From Octopus vulgaris (taxonomy: Eukaryota), in the NCBI GenBank assembly GCA_951406725.2, contig CATOCA020000003.1:558001-622000 (forward strand): a stretch of DNA of 64,000 nt, read 5' to 3'. Shown piece by piece: positions 24,079 to 36,938 of the stretch. The notes beneath the pieces are model-generated. The model ran no database searches, was not told the origin of the DNA, and was given only the letters and a program-made list of their open reading frames with translations. A program made the translations under genes and the position numbers. Within the stretch, counting starts at the first letter, position 1. Each line of letters starts with the position of its first letter.

Positions 24079-25958
24079 CATCATCCTCATCATCATCGTT
24101 TAACGTCCGCTTTCCATGCTAGCATGGGTTGGACGGTTCAACTGAGGTCTGGGAAGCCCGAAAGCTGCACCAGGCCAGTCAGATCTGGCAGTGTTTCTAC
24201 AGCTGGATGCCCTTCCTAACGCCAACCACTCCATGAGTGTAGTGGGTGCTTTTTATGTGCCACCGACACAGGTGCCGGACGAGGCTGGCGAACGGCCACG
24301 CTCGGATGATGTTTTTTCGTGCCACCGACAGATGTGCCAGACGAAGCTGGCGAACGGCCATGCTCGGATGGTGTTTTTTACGTGCCACCAACACGGAGGC
24401 CAGGCGAGGCTGGCACGGCCACGATTGGATGGTGGTTGTTACGTGCCCACAGCACGGAGGCCAGTCGATGCGGTACTGGCTACGGCCACGTTCGGATGGT
24501 TTTCTTATGTGCCACCGGCACTGGTACCACAAAAATACAAATTCCATTGATGTTCATCGATTTTGGTTTGTTTGATTTGATTTTCACTTGCCTCAACAGG
24601 TCTTCACAAGTAGAGTTATGTGTCCCAAGAAGGAAAGGTATGCATAAGTGGACTGGCTACGTCCCAGGTAGAGGCCATGGGTTATGGTCTCACTTGTCCT
24701 GCCGGGTCTTCTCACGCACAGCATACTTCCATAGGTCTCGGTCTCTAGTCATTTCCTCGGTGAGACCTAAACTTCGAAGGTCGTGCTTCACCACCTCATC
24801 CCAGGTTTTCCTGGGTCTACCTCTTCCTCAGGTTCTCTCAACCGCTAGGGTGTGGCACTTTTTCACACAACTATCTTCATCCATTTTCGCTACATGACCA
24901 TACCAGTGCAAACGTCTCTCTTACACACCACAACTGATGCTTCTTAGGTCCAACTTTTCTCTCAAGGTACTTACACTCTGTTGAGTATGAACACTGACAT
25001 TACACATCCATCGGAGCATACTGGCTTCATTTCTTGTGAGCTTACGCATATCCTCAGCAGTCACGGCCCATGTTTCACTACCATGTATCATGGCTGTTCG
25101 CACACATGCATCATACAGTCTGCCTTTTACTCTGAGCGAGAGGCCTTTTGTCACCAGCAGAGGTAAGAGCTCTCTGAACTTTGCCCAGGTTATTCTTACT
25201 CTGGCAGTTACACTTTCGGCACACCCACCCCCGCTACTGACTTGGTCACCTAGGTAACGGAAACTATCAACTATTTTAAGTTTTTTCCCTGGGATGTGGC
25301 AGAAGATGGTCTCAGAGCATTTTCAGTCTTTATTGAACCAGAGCATCTGCCACATACAAAAACTATCTTCCTAGTTAGCCTTCCTTTGACATTGCTGCAC
25401 CTCTTATGTGTCCATAGCTTACACTTGGTGCATCTTATAGAGTTCCTACCTACACTTTTTCTACAGATCGAGCAGGGCCATCTACCTGAAGGCGTTTGAG
25501 ATTTGTCTACCTTCCTACTTATTAGGACTTTGGTTTAGATAGATTGACTCTAAGGCCCTTCGATTCTAATCCTTGCTTCCACGCCTGAAACTTCACCTCA
25601 AGTTCTGACAGTGATTCAGCAATTAGAGAAAGGTCATCAGCATAGAGGAGCTCCCAGGGGCATCCTGTCTTGAATTCCTCTGTTATTGCCTGGAGGACTA
25701 TGATAAATAGGAGGGGGCTGAGGACTGAGCCTTGGTGGACCCCAACCTCCACCCGGAATTCTTCACTGTACTCATTGCCAACCCTCACCTTACTAACAGC
25801 GTCCCTATACATGGCACGCACAGCTCTCATTAACCATTCATCAATCCCTTGTTTCCTCATTGACCACCAGATAATGGATCAGGAGACCCTGCCAAAGGCT
25901 CTCTCCAAGTCAACGAAATCCAGGTACAGAGTTTTATCTTTGGCTAGGTATTTCTCCT
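24079..25958 (-). mobile_element. 5'-truncated RTE LINE nested in the hAT element
   Basis: RT motifs VGVHQGSVLSPLLF and LLYADDL, zinc finger, frameshifts, 5 UTR modules and a (GAT)n tail. Confidence 0.95.
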
Positions 25959-26537
25959 GATAATTTCTGATAAATAAGCCAGTACTGTATTGTAATTTTT
26001 GTTAAGCAGATCATTTGATGTCTGCTAAGTTCGAGTGACTAAATTGCATTTATAGGACTGTGGGTCAATGCTACTAAATTCAGCTCTCATGCAAGTCAGG
26101 ATAGTTAGTTGACTGTGGTAATGTTTTCGTTGTAGTTGTTGTGTACATTGTGCATATAGAGTACATGTATTGCATACATACAAGATTATGCATACACCAG
26201 ACTGTTAGCTCGAGCTTGAACTATTGCACATGTCATTGCTTCTTGAAATGAGTTACTGTAAGCGTCTAATTATTTGCGGCCATAAAATTTCGCGATTTGT
26301 TACAGGCTTTGTCTTTTCTTTACTGATCTTTGCGCCGTGCTGTTCCTACCATTTTGTGGGGATAGTAAACTACTTTTTTTCTATTTTCTTTAATTAAAAA
26401 ACTAATAAAAAGTAAAGTGGTTTAATCAAACTTATTAATCACTTAATGACATTTTACTTTCCTTTTTTCTCATTTTTCACATATATCATTATCTCGTGTA
26501 TTTTTTTTTTTTTTCTGCCCTTTATACATTGTGCAGA

Positions 26538-28414
26538 ATGTCAGGACCACCAGCTAAGAAGCAATGTCATTCATCTGAAGAGGTTATTAGAGAATTTCAA
26601 GAATACTGGACTGAAAAATGTGGTATAATTAAGAGAGACAATAAAGCATTATGTATCTTCTGTTCCAAAACTGTTGTTTGTAGAACTTCTGTAAAAAGGC
26701 ATTTTGAAAGTGTTCATAAGAGGAACAAAGAGAATTTCTCATGAACTCAGTAAAACAAAAAAACAGGCTTGATACTTTTATAAGCTTTATCTCAGGCAAG
26801 TCCAGTTCCAACTTAGTTGTTGCTAGTTTTGAGGTTTCAAAAGTTATTTCCCAACATGGAAAGCCACTCAGTGATGGGGAGTATATTAAAGAAGCTTGGC
26901 TAGAGTGTGCACCTTTCCTGTTTGACAATTTTTTAGAAAAGGAAAAGATTATTCAATGCATTAAAAAATTGTCTGTGAATAGGAAAACAGTTAAGGATAG
27001 AATATTTAAGATGGAGAATAATACTTCTGAACAATTGACAATTTGTCTTCATATAAGTTTTTTTTCAATTTGTACTGATGAAAGTACAGACATTACATCA
27101 TCAGCTAGGTTAGCCATTTTTTCTTGATTTTGTAAAGGTGATGAAATATGTGATGAGATGGTTGCCCTTTTCAACCCAGTTAGTACACTGCCTGAGTGTA
27201 CTAACTGGGCTGAAATATGTAAAGCAGCTGTGAATGTATTCTCTTCTCAACATATTGACATTTCAAAAGTAGTATCCATCACAACAGATGGTGCCCCCTG
27301 CATTAATGGAGAGAAGGCAGGATTTTTAAATCTGTTTGCAAAGGAAGTTAGTCATACACTGATAGGTTTTCATTGCATCATTAATGAGGAGGTTTTATGT
27401 GCAAAAGCTGGCCTGAAAGAACTTCAGGAAGTGATGCAGATTGTTACCAATGTTGTTAATTACATTTCTACTCAGGCTTTAAATAAAAGACAATTTCAAA
27501 TTTAATGAATGAGGTAGAATCTGTGTATAAAGGACTGAAAATGTACAACAATGTTCGATGGCTTAACCAAGGTTTGGTTCTGAAATGACTTGTTGAATGT
27601 TTAAATGAGATAAAACTCTTTTTGGATGACTGTGTTTCTTATCAAGGATTGTCTGACATCATGAGGGTTTGTAAACAGGTGTTTTTTTGCAGATTTTTGT
27701 GAACATTTGAATAACTTGAGTGTTAAATTACAGGTCTCTTGTAAGACGCTTGATGTTATGTTTGGTTACATAAAGGCTTTTGAAATGAAGCTAGAAGTTT
27801 TTAAGAAGGATTTAGATACTTCCCAAACCTAAAGAGGTACATCAATGATCTCTCAAAAGATGACAGAACAGAGTGCTAATATCTTCAAAAGCTGTTTGTA
27901 AACATTATCAAGTCAACTGCTGAACAGTTTTCCACAAGGCTTGCTAAATTCAGGGATATGGAAGAGACAGCAAAATTCATAAAGTTTCCAGACGTTATCA
28001 AACTGGAAGAACTAAACTTGCAAATGTTTTCATGGATAGACATGATTGATTTTGAATTGCAGTTGATTGAATTTCAAAGTCACTCAATTTGGAAGCAAAA
28101 ATTTATTGACCTTAGAGTTGACTTAGAAAATATTGAAAAAAAGCAATTAGAGATAGGAGTACTAGAGAGGAGTGCAGAATGCCATTCCAGAAAACTTTTC
28201 CAGTTTGAAAAACTTTGCAACAGTACTAATATCCATGTTTTCATCAATATATGCCTGTGAATCCTTGTTCTCAGTAATGAATTTTGTTAAGTCATGTAAT
28301 AGGAGTAACCTGACGGATGAAACTAGTAGTGCATGCATATCTCTGAAGGTTACAAAATATAAACCCAATACAAAATCTCTGTCATCAGTGATGCAGCAGC
28401 AGAAGTTCCACTGA
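26538..28414 (+). pseudogene. hAT transposase pseudogene
   Basis: MSGPPAKK...ALCIFC...VKRHFESVH (BED finger), DESTDITSSARL, ITTDGAP, FHCII, NVRWL and SIYACESLFSVMNFVKS...LTD dimerisation motif; multiple frameshifts and stops. Confidence 0.92.
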
Positions 28415-28794
28415 TAATACTGCATATACATGTATATCGAAAGGAGTCAGCAAGTTTTCTATCAAAATAATACTTCATCTGACTGATGTTTTGTTTTGAA
28501 AGTGGCAAAGGTTATCTGCTAGTTTTCTGCTGGACTGATATTTTATCTAATGTTTTCTTTTGAAAATGACAAAGGTTGTTTAGATGTAACTTTGAAGGTG
28601 AATAAATACATTTTCAATTATTATATACTGTGTTTTACCACTTATTAAAAAAGTTCTTAACATACACTTCCTTAAGAGATATCAAGTAGCATAATAGGCT
28701 ATCTTTCATTTTAACTTGAAGGCATGTGTGTGCAGCTCAGCTATTACCATATGGCGTTTGGTAAATTCCATAAAAAATTTTCATTTATTGTGCT

Positions 28795-28872
28795 TGACAT
28801 TTTCTTTCAAGGCAGCATAAAGTGAAAGAGAGGAAATAAACATGGACAGAAAGTGAGTGAGTGAGTGAGTGA

Positions 28873-28908
<36 letters not shown>

Positions 28909-29024
28909 CAAAGATGTGTGTTGCTGTGTGTGTGTGAGAGAGTGACAGTGTACATATTTTCATTCATTTTTCTTGCATTTTTTTGAGTGAGTGATTGACT
29001 GAGAGAGAGAGAAGGTATACATTG

Positions 29025-29059
<35 letters not shown>

Positions 29060-29269
29060 ACAGACAGAGAGAGTGAGTGTAAATTTTATTTATTTATTTA
29101 CTTTTTCTCGCACCTTTTTTTAGTGCGTGATAGAGAGAGAGAGAGAGAGAGAAATGTGTCTTGCAGTGTGTGTGAAAGAGAGGGAGAGAGTGATAGTGAA
29201 AATTTTTTTGCAAGAAAAACTTAGTTTTATGCTATCACTTTCTCTCTCTCTCTCTCACAGAGCAAGACA

Positions 29270-29305
<36 letters not shown>

Positions 29306-29357
29306 AAAAAAAGATGCATGAAAAAATAAATAAATAAAATTTACGCTATCTCTTTCA

Positions 29358-29390
<33 letters not shown>

Positions 29391-29491
29391 GCACACACAG
29401 CAACACACCTTCTTTCTCTCTTTCTCTTTCTTAGTAAATAACTCTCACACTCACTCAAAAAAGATGTGAGAAAAAATTTTTTAAATGTATG

Positions 29492-29542
<51 letters not shown>

Positions 29543-29647
29543 CCACACACGCATGCACTTTCTGTCTCACCCCCTCCCCATCAACACATACATGCGTTCA
29601 TGTCTATTTCCCCCCTTTGTTTTATACTGCCTTCAAAGAAAATGTCA
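28795..29647. repeat. Long internal inverted repeat with (GA)n/(CT)n and (GT)n/(AC)n arms inside the hAT 3' region
   Basis: TGACATTTTCTTTCAAGGCAG at the left end and CTGCCTTCAAAGAAAATGTCA at the right. Inner pair GTAAATTTTATTTATTTATTT / AAATAAATAAATAAAATTTAC. Confidence 0.8.
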
Positions 29648-30530
29648 ATTTCCACCTACAAAAATAATAACGATTTTTTAGGGAATTTTCTGAATGCTGG
29701 ACCTTAACAGCTGATTGATTTTTGACATATCGAAAGATCATTGCCAAATATGTTCTCAAAAAAATTTAGTTGGCACAAGTGAAAGAATTTTGTGACAGAG
29801 ATTTTTGCCAGTTTTGGCATGCACTCTAAAAAAGTTGCCCACCCCTGCCCTATATCATGTTTCATAGAAAAATAGCATTATGATGACATTTTGTACAGCA
29901 ATGAGACACCTTTAGTATACATCCATACAGTCTGCATTGCCCTTCACATCTAATTGTTCTACCTCATCTGTTCTTGTATGCATGCATGCATATATATGTG
30001 TCTGCATGTATGAATATGTAAGATTCATACCATGCTGCATAGGGTTTGTGGATATAGACATATATGATGTATGTATATATAAACATATAAGGTTAATACT
30101 GTGTATATGTATATATATGGATACATGACTACTTTCACACCCTTCTTACCCATCTCTTTACTGGCCCTTAATCTGGATGCTGTATGGGAGTGAAGAAATT
30201 ATACTTCATTGAATCAAAAACACAATGTACCAAGGTTCTACACTACCTAGCAAGCATTTCCATAGATCATTTCAGACACAGACAAAAGCCCCACAATTAC
30301 CTTCCCATTGTCCCTCCCAAGTACACAATTTTAGGGCTGCAACCATCAATGCTGACACAATGAAGGGGAAATCTGGTGAGATTATCAAAATGATGGAGCA
30401 TCGCCATGTTGATGAGTGTGATGTGCAAGAAATGAGATGCTAGATTCCTCACGGGTAATAAACAGAGATTCAAATTCTTCTGGGTGATGGAGTGGGTGGT
30501 GTGGGCATACTCCTAGCATAAAAGTAGGTA

Positions 30531-30977
30531 TTAGGTTGTCAAGAAAGTTCTTGCAGTTTTTAACTTTTAAATTAGTTAACTGTTGTCAACATCCGATGGC
30601 TGACCACTATGCTTATCCTTTTCAAGACTCTCGTCACCGCTACAAAATTTCTTGAACTACCATTGTGCTGTACATTCATTAGTGGTTCCTGGGCCAAACA
30701 CATTGTTGATATTGTGAGATGTTTCAGCAGCTTTTCAGCCTAGCTTGAACTGGAATAAGAAAATTGTGCGAATTTGCATTTTGTCCATGTTGTATTCAAC
30801 GTTCCGGAAAAAATGGCCTAATTATTCAAAAAGAAAAAGAGTAACACAATTAGATAGAGAAAAAAAGTGGCTTTAAAATGATATACAACGTCAAAGTAAT
30901 TTAACGAAAATTAATTTGAAAATACATCATTTAAAACCAAAATTTAAAATTCTGCAAGAACTTTCTTGACAAACTAA
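30531..30977 (-). mobile_element. Internally deleted mariner
   Basis: TIRs TTAGGTTGTCAAGAAAGTTCTTGCAG / CTGCAAGAACTTTCTTGACAAACTAA with TA TSDs. Minus-strand MDKMQIRTIFLFQFKLG... HTH; the RTE reading frame resumes across it. Confidence 0.92.
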
Positions 30978-32032
30978 TAAATAAGGTAACTGAGGTAGTC
31001 AGAGTATGCAACAGGGTTATTAAGTTGAGACTTATCATACATAGATTAACAGTTACAATTATCTCTGCCTATGCATCACAGGTTGGGTTTACTGATGACC
31101 TTTTGCAGACTATCTCAACAACAAATGACACAGAGTCCATTATTGTGGCTGGCGACTTTAATGGACATGCTGGGCAACATTCCTATGGATGTCATAGTGG
31201 TTAAGGTTTTGGCCCCAGGAATAAGAAGGGAACAAGGCTACTTGAGTTCAGTGATGTAAATGATCTCATGATCTGCAACACTAACTTCAGAAAACCAGTC
31301 AGCCACCTAATCACTTAATAGTCTGGTGGGAACATAAACCAGGCTGACTACCTCATCACCAGGCAATGAGATAGGCTGATGCTCACAGGCTCACAAATAC
31401 AAAATCTTTACCAGGTGAAGAGTGTACACCCCAACATAGGGTACTAGTTTGTGACTTCAGAATTAGGGCTAGAGAGACTTGGAGAAATAAACCACACTGG
31501 AAAAGAAGATTATGGAAGCTCAAAGACCCAGCAAACCAACAAAAATTTAGAGACATTCTATTTGAAGCCTATGATGATAGAGAGGAGGAGGAGGAGGAAG
31601 GGACATAGAGCTTAGAAAACAACTGGAAGTTTTTGTGGGACAATTTACGGGGGGGGGGGGGGCAATGACCTACTCTGTGACTGATGCAAATTCCCAGCTA
31701 GGCAGAGGGTGACATGGTGGTGAAATAAGGAAGTGGACAGTGCAAAGGGGCAGGTGTGGAAAGCCTGGAAAAATGGTGGAAGTAGAGCATTATATCAGGG
31801 ACCCAGAAGGGAGACTAGGCGACAGGTTTACATAGCAAAAGGAATAGCAGAAGATAAAAAGTTTGCCAATGTTCAACAGCATGAGTATCAGAGGTGTGAG
31901 GTATTCAGGATTGCAAAGCAGTGTGGAATACAGCCTAGTCTCTCACATAGTTAATCAGGTTATTCAGGAAGGTGTCATCCCCAAAGACTGGTGTTGTAGT
32001 ATTATAATTAGCTGATACAAGTGCAAAGGTGA

Positions 32033-32315
32033 AGGTACGTGGCTTAGTGGTTAGGGCATTTGGCTCATGATTGTAAGGTCATGAGTTCAATTCCTGGCGA
32101 TGCATTGTGCCCTTGAGCATGACACTTTATTTCAAAGAGCCAGCCTTGTACACTCTGTGTCACACTGAATCTCCCTGAGAACTATGTTAGGGGGACACAT
32201 GTCTGTGGAGTGCTCAACCATTTGCACGTTAATTTCACGAGCAAGCTGTTCCATTGATCGTAGCAGCTAGGACACTTGTTGTTGTAATCGACAGAGTGCT
32301 CCTATTCCTATTATT
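32033..32315 (+). mobile_element. tRNA-derived SINE (second family)
   Basis: A-box TGGCTTAGTGG, B-box GAGTTCAATTCC, TTGTGCCCTTGAGCATGACACTT core and (TAT)n-like tail. TSD AAAGGT(G/A)A at 32025-32032 and 32316-32323. Confidence 0.85.
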
Positions 32316-35300
32316 AAAGGTAATGCCTTAGATAGAAAAAACTACAGAGGTATCAAGCTGTTGGATCAGGTCATGAAAATTACAGAGAAAGTTACAGCTC
32401 AATTGATTAGGAATAGAGTTAAACTAGATGAGATGCAGATTGGTTTTGTTCCTGGGAGAAGTACTACAGATGCCATCTTCCTAGTGAGACAGCTGCAAGA
32501 AAAGTATTTGGCCAAAAGTAAACCACTGTACTTAGCCTTCATCGACCTGGAGAAAGCTTTCGACAGGGTTCCCCGCTCTCTTATTTGGCGATCTCTAAGG
32601 AAGCCAGGAGTAGAGAAGTGGCTTGTTAGAACCATACAAGCCATGTACAGCAATGCTGTCAGTAAGGTGAGAGTCAGCTTTGAATACAGTGATGGCGATA
32701 GTATACAAGTTGGAGTTCACCAGTGATCAGTTCTAAGTTCATTCTTATTTATCACAGTTCTCCAGGCCATAACAGAGAAATTCAAAATTGGAATCACATG
32801 GGAACTGCTATATGCTGATGACTTAGCTCTTCTTGTAGAATCTGAAGCAGAATTGGAGAAGTTCCCGATTAGGAAGTAAAAGCTGGAATCAAAGAGCTTT
32901 AAAGTTAACCTAGCAAAGACTTAAAGTTGTTGTTGGCAAGAAAGCAAAGACTCTCTTTCTTCAGGAAAATGACCCTGCTCAATATGTAGGAAGGGAGTGG
33001 GAAGTAATTCCATTTGTTGCACCAAGTGTAAGCTGTGGACACATAAGAGATGCAGTGGAACCAAAGGAAGGTTAACAGATAAGGTCACTTTCATGTGTGG
33101 CAGATGCACAGGAACAATAGGCACTAAGAGCACATGGGACTTAGACTCAATCAAATGCCCAGGCGGCTCTCTTGACATAGTAGATAGTTTCTGCTACTTA
33201 GGTGAGAAAATTAGTAATGGTGGTGGATGTTCTGAAAGTATTGTTTCTAGAATAAGAATAGGATGGAAGAAATTCAAAGAGTTACTACCTCTGTTGGCAA
33301 CAAAAGGATTCTCTCTTAGAGTGAAAGGTAGATTGTGTGAGAATGGCCACACTCGTGGTAGTCAAACATGGGCTCTGAATGCAGAGTACATGCATAGACT
33401 GGAGAGGAATAAAGGTAATATGCTCTGTCGGATTTGCAACATCAGTGTGCATGACCGACAAAGTGCAACTGTGTTGAAAGAAAAGTTAGGCATAAGAGGG
33501 ATTAAATGTCGCTTCAAGAGAGGAGAATGCATTGGTCTGGACATGTGATGCATATGGGTAAAGATAACTCTATGCAGAAGTGCCAACCACTGAAAGTGGA
33601 TTGTACCTGTGGAAGAGGGAGACCCAAGAGGACATGGAATAAAGTGGTGAGGACTGATCTTAGGATGTTAGGGCTCATAGAGGAAATGACAATAGATTGA
33701 GATGTTTGGCAATATGAGATTCTAAAGAAGTCCCACCTATGTCAGTGAAACTGAGTTCTAGAAGCAGTGTTCCACTCACATGTAACATCAAACTTTTCAC
33801 ACACCCTACCCCAAGAAACCAAACTACATCTCCTCTTCTAAACTGTATCTTTCTCTTCTTTACATTTCTTTTTCATAAACTATGATTGTCTTCCAATCCC
33901 CTTTCCTGCCCTCACTGTCCTGCTCACTGTTTTGCTGCTTTCCCCCCACCCTATCTTTATACCCAGGTTTTCACCAGTCACGGCAATCCCCACTCTTTAC
34001 TTGCGCCTTCTTGGCAATACCTGACCATGTTTATTATGACCTCAGTACCTCTCTCCTCATTACTCTACCATCACATCTATGCTCTGATTCATGTTACTTG
34101 TGAGTATGCCCTGGCACTTCACCAGCTCTCTCTTGCACTTTTACTGTTACTTACTCTTTCTTTCCTTTTCCCTTGCTCTTCCCTCTGGCTAGGTACCCAT
34201 GTATGCACTCTACAGCAGCACACCTGTTTCTGCCCTGATTCTTGATCACTCACTGTCTCTCCTACTTTTGCTCTTCCCTCTGACTAAAAGTATCTCTTTT
34301 ATATCAGCACACCTGTTTCTGTCCTCTTTCTTATCCTCTCTCTCTCTCTGAGTAACCATGTACCTCCTCAATAGCAAGACACCTGCTTCTGCCTCTCTGT
34401 CTCACTCTAACCTTTCATCCTTTAACACAAGTTCCCTCCTCAAATGCCCCTGCCTCTCTCAAAATTCCTTGTCTTGTGAGTTACTTGGTGACCCTGCCAG
34501 TGCTGGTGCCACTTAAAAAGCATCCAGTCTACACTATAAAGTGGTTGGCATTTGGATGGGCATCCAGCTGTAAAAAGCATGCCAAAACTAACCTCACTTG
34601 TGCTAGTCCCACATAAAAAACACTGAGTCCACTCTACAGAGTGGTTGGTGTTAGGAAGGGCATACAATCATAAAAACCCAGCCAAAAGAGACACAGCAGC
34701 CTAGAATAGTCTTCTACCTGGCCAACTCCTGTCCACCATCCTACCCATGCATGCATGGAAGACAGACGTTAAATGATGATGATAATGTTATAAGTTCCAT
34801 CACAGGACATATTTTCATCTATCTTTTGATCTCTAGTTCATTTCTTATAAGATAAAAGAAAACTAAACCATTTAATATAGATTTGTTAGTCTGGCTTGTA
34901 TTCTTCCTTCACTTTACAATCGGGTAGGAATATTTACCTTGGTCAAACTTAATATCTATACAGAATCAAGTCAAACTTTTCTTCGTCATTTATATTTTTG
35001 ACATATACTTTGAAGGTATTCTCAAAAAAGACATGTGTAAAGCTGAACTGACTCCTTGACATATTTCATGCAATACCTTATTCTCTCAATGATAATTCCT
35101 GATGGTAGATCAGGACGAATCTTGGTTTTCTGACTTTGTGATCTCTGGAATTCTAGGATTTACAAGAGGTGAACAGGACTGAAAGCATTTTACTTTTTCT
35201 CTACTTCAACAAGATTGTAACCAAATGCCTCCTATGCTATTGCACTTCTGAAATCATTGTTTTGTTTATCAGAAGCTGCTTAGCTCATCCCCTAGCTCCT

Positions 35301-35647
35301 TTCTTTTCAGTTGCTTGTTTGGTTGTGATGATATTGTTACCGTGTGTGTGTGTTAATCTATGATTACAAACCCTTAACTGAAAAATCTTACAGAGTCATG
35401 TCTGGGTTAACATACTCCCTCACTGAAAGGCACATTTGGCCCAGACATGGCTAGTTGCAATAAAAGCTTTTGGTTTGCAATCCTAATTATCCCACAATGC
35501 ATACAAACTTACATGTAAATAAATAAATACCTTCAAAGCCATACAGTAGCAGAGTAAAGAAAATACAGAATAAATGTTGGAAATTGATGCCTCTACTAAT
35601 AAAGAAAAAGGATTTTATCCTGTATGAAAAAGCAGGCTCTAGCATTT

Positions 35648-35693
35648 TTTTGCAACTGAGAGGCATCAGTTCATCAACAGGATAGTCATCTTT
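35648..35693 (-). pseudogene. Decayed partial duplicate of the EDEM3-like 101-bp exon
   Basis: Acceptor TTATTCTATAG then [15 protein letters not shown], versus [15 protein letters not shown] in the real exon. Upstream intron blocks (35.7-36.25 kb) match 36.94-37.43 kb. Confidence 0.85.
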
Positions 35694-36837
35694 CTATAGA
35701 ATAAGAAATAAGAAATTAAACAATAATTTGCATGAGCAGACCAAATCAACCAATTGTCTTTCTTCTATACAACCTGGTTCCCTGACATTGTTAATATTAC
35801 TGCTTTCAGTTTCCTCTTCCAGACGTACTATCCATTGGTAGTAAATGACATTTTTTGACCCAGCACTCATCCAATTAAGTTAAGAATCCAAACCACTGCA
35901 ATCATCTCTTTAGCACACTTCAGTTGATATCTTTAATGTCTGGTCACTCTCAAACCATTTATATTTAGTTTCTTCACATACTTCAAAGCAAGGGATTCTG
36001 TTAAAAACCTACTGAAAATTAATAAATACAAAATATGGTTTGTTCTGAGATAAGAACTTCTCTTGCAGTTGCTTCACAAGAAATATGGCATTTGTAGTTT
36101 TGGTGCAAAATGAAACTAAGTTTTTGCTGAAACACTTTCAGCTTCTTTCAAAACATGTTCCATTAGCTTGAGGGCTCTCTCTCCATCTATCAACTTTGCT
36201 TATGTAGCAGTTAAAGATGATACTATTATATCATTGGGGAGAATATCCACCTGCATTGTCTGATTAACTATGTGTACCTGTTTTTCTTTATGAAATAAGC
36301 TACACAAAACATGTTTTTGAATTACGTGTATTTACTTTATATACATATATGAGATGAAAACTTTCTTTTAACATTTAATGTCTATGTTCCATGCTGGCAT
36401 GGGTTGGAGAGTTATTAATGTAGAAAGTTGGTATCTCAGCTACTAGCAGTTGACCTGCGTAATCTAGATGGTGTTTTAAAATTTCATTATTTTCTTTAAC
36501 CCAGGCAACACCTGGTATTTCTGCTAGTGATGTTAATAAATTTGACATCTAAAATCAACAATGTTTTATCCTAAAAGGAGTTGCAAATAATTCATTAGGA
36601 ATTTTTATTCATGTATTTTATGAAGAGGTTTCATCATCATGAAATAAAATTTTTTTTTCTCATGTTCTTGAACCAGAACTTCTCTTAAAAGTATTTAAAT
36701 AATAATTTTATACACCTTCAGAGAAATTTCACTTTTAACTTTAGAGCTGTTAATATACAGAAAAATTTATTTAAATACCTGAGAATAAAAGAGATATTAT
36801 TTTAAAGTTAAATAAAAAAAAAAAAAAACTGCCTTAC

Positions 36838-36938
36838 TTGCCCATGCATTCATCTATATCTCCTCGTGATTTTTCTCGACCTCGATAGCGCTCTTTGCAA
36901 CTGAGAGGCATGAGTTCATCAGCAGGATAGGCATGTTT
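36838..36938 (-). CDS. EDEM3: EDEM3-like 101-bp internal coding exon
   Basis: Acceptor TTTCTTATTCTGTAG and donor GTAAGG. Encodes [33 protein letters not shown]+AA, matching vertebrate EDEM3 '[31 protein letters not shown]' as recalled. Confidence 0.94.

Larger units (their letters stand above)
23145..29847 (+). mobile_element. hAT (Charlie/SPIN/GTF2IRD2-like) DNA transposon with nested RTE
   Basis: TIRs CTGGGGTGGGCAAC / GTTGCCCACCCCTG and a perfect 8-bp TSD CCCTATAT (23137-23144, 29848-29855). Confidence 0.93.
30300..34783 (+). mobile_element. Old, near-full-length decayed RTE LINE (APE endonuclease + RT) interrupted by a mariner MITE and a SINE
   Basis: APE motifs (TINADTMKG...VQE, AGDFNGH), RT motifs (GFVPGRSTTDAIF, DLEKAFDRV, YADDL), zinc finger, and 3' ...GACGTTAAATGATGATGAT. 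Confidence 0.9.
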
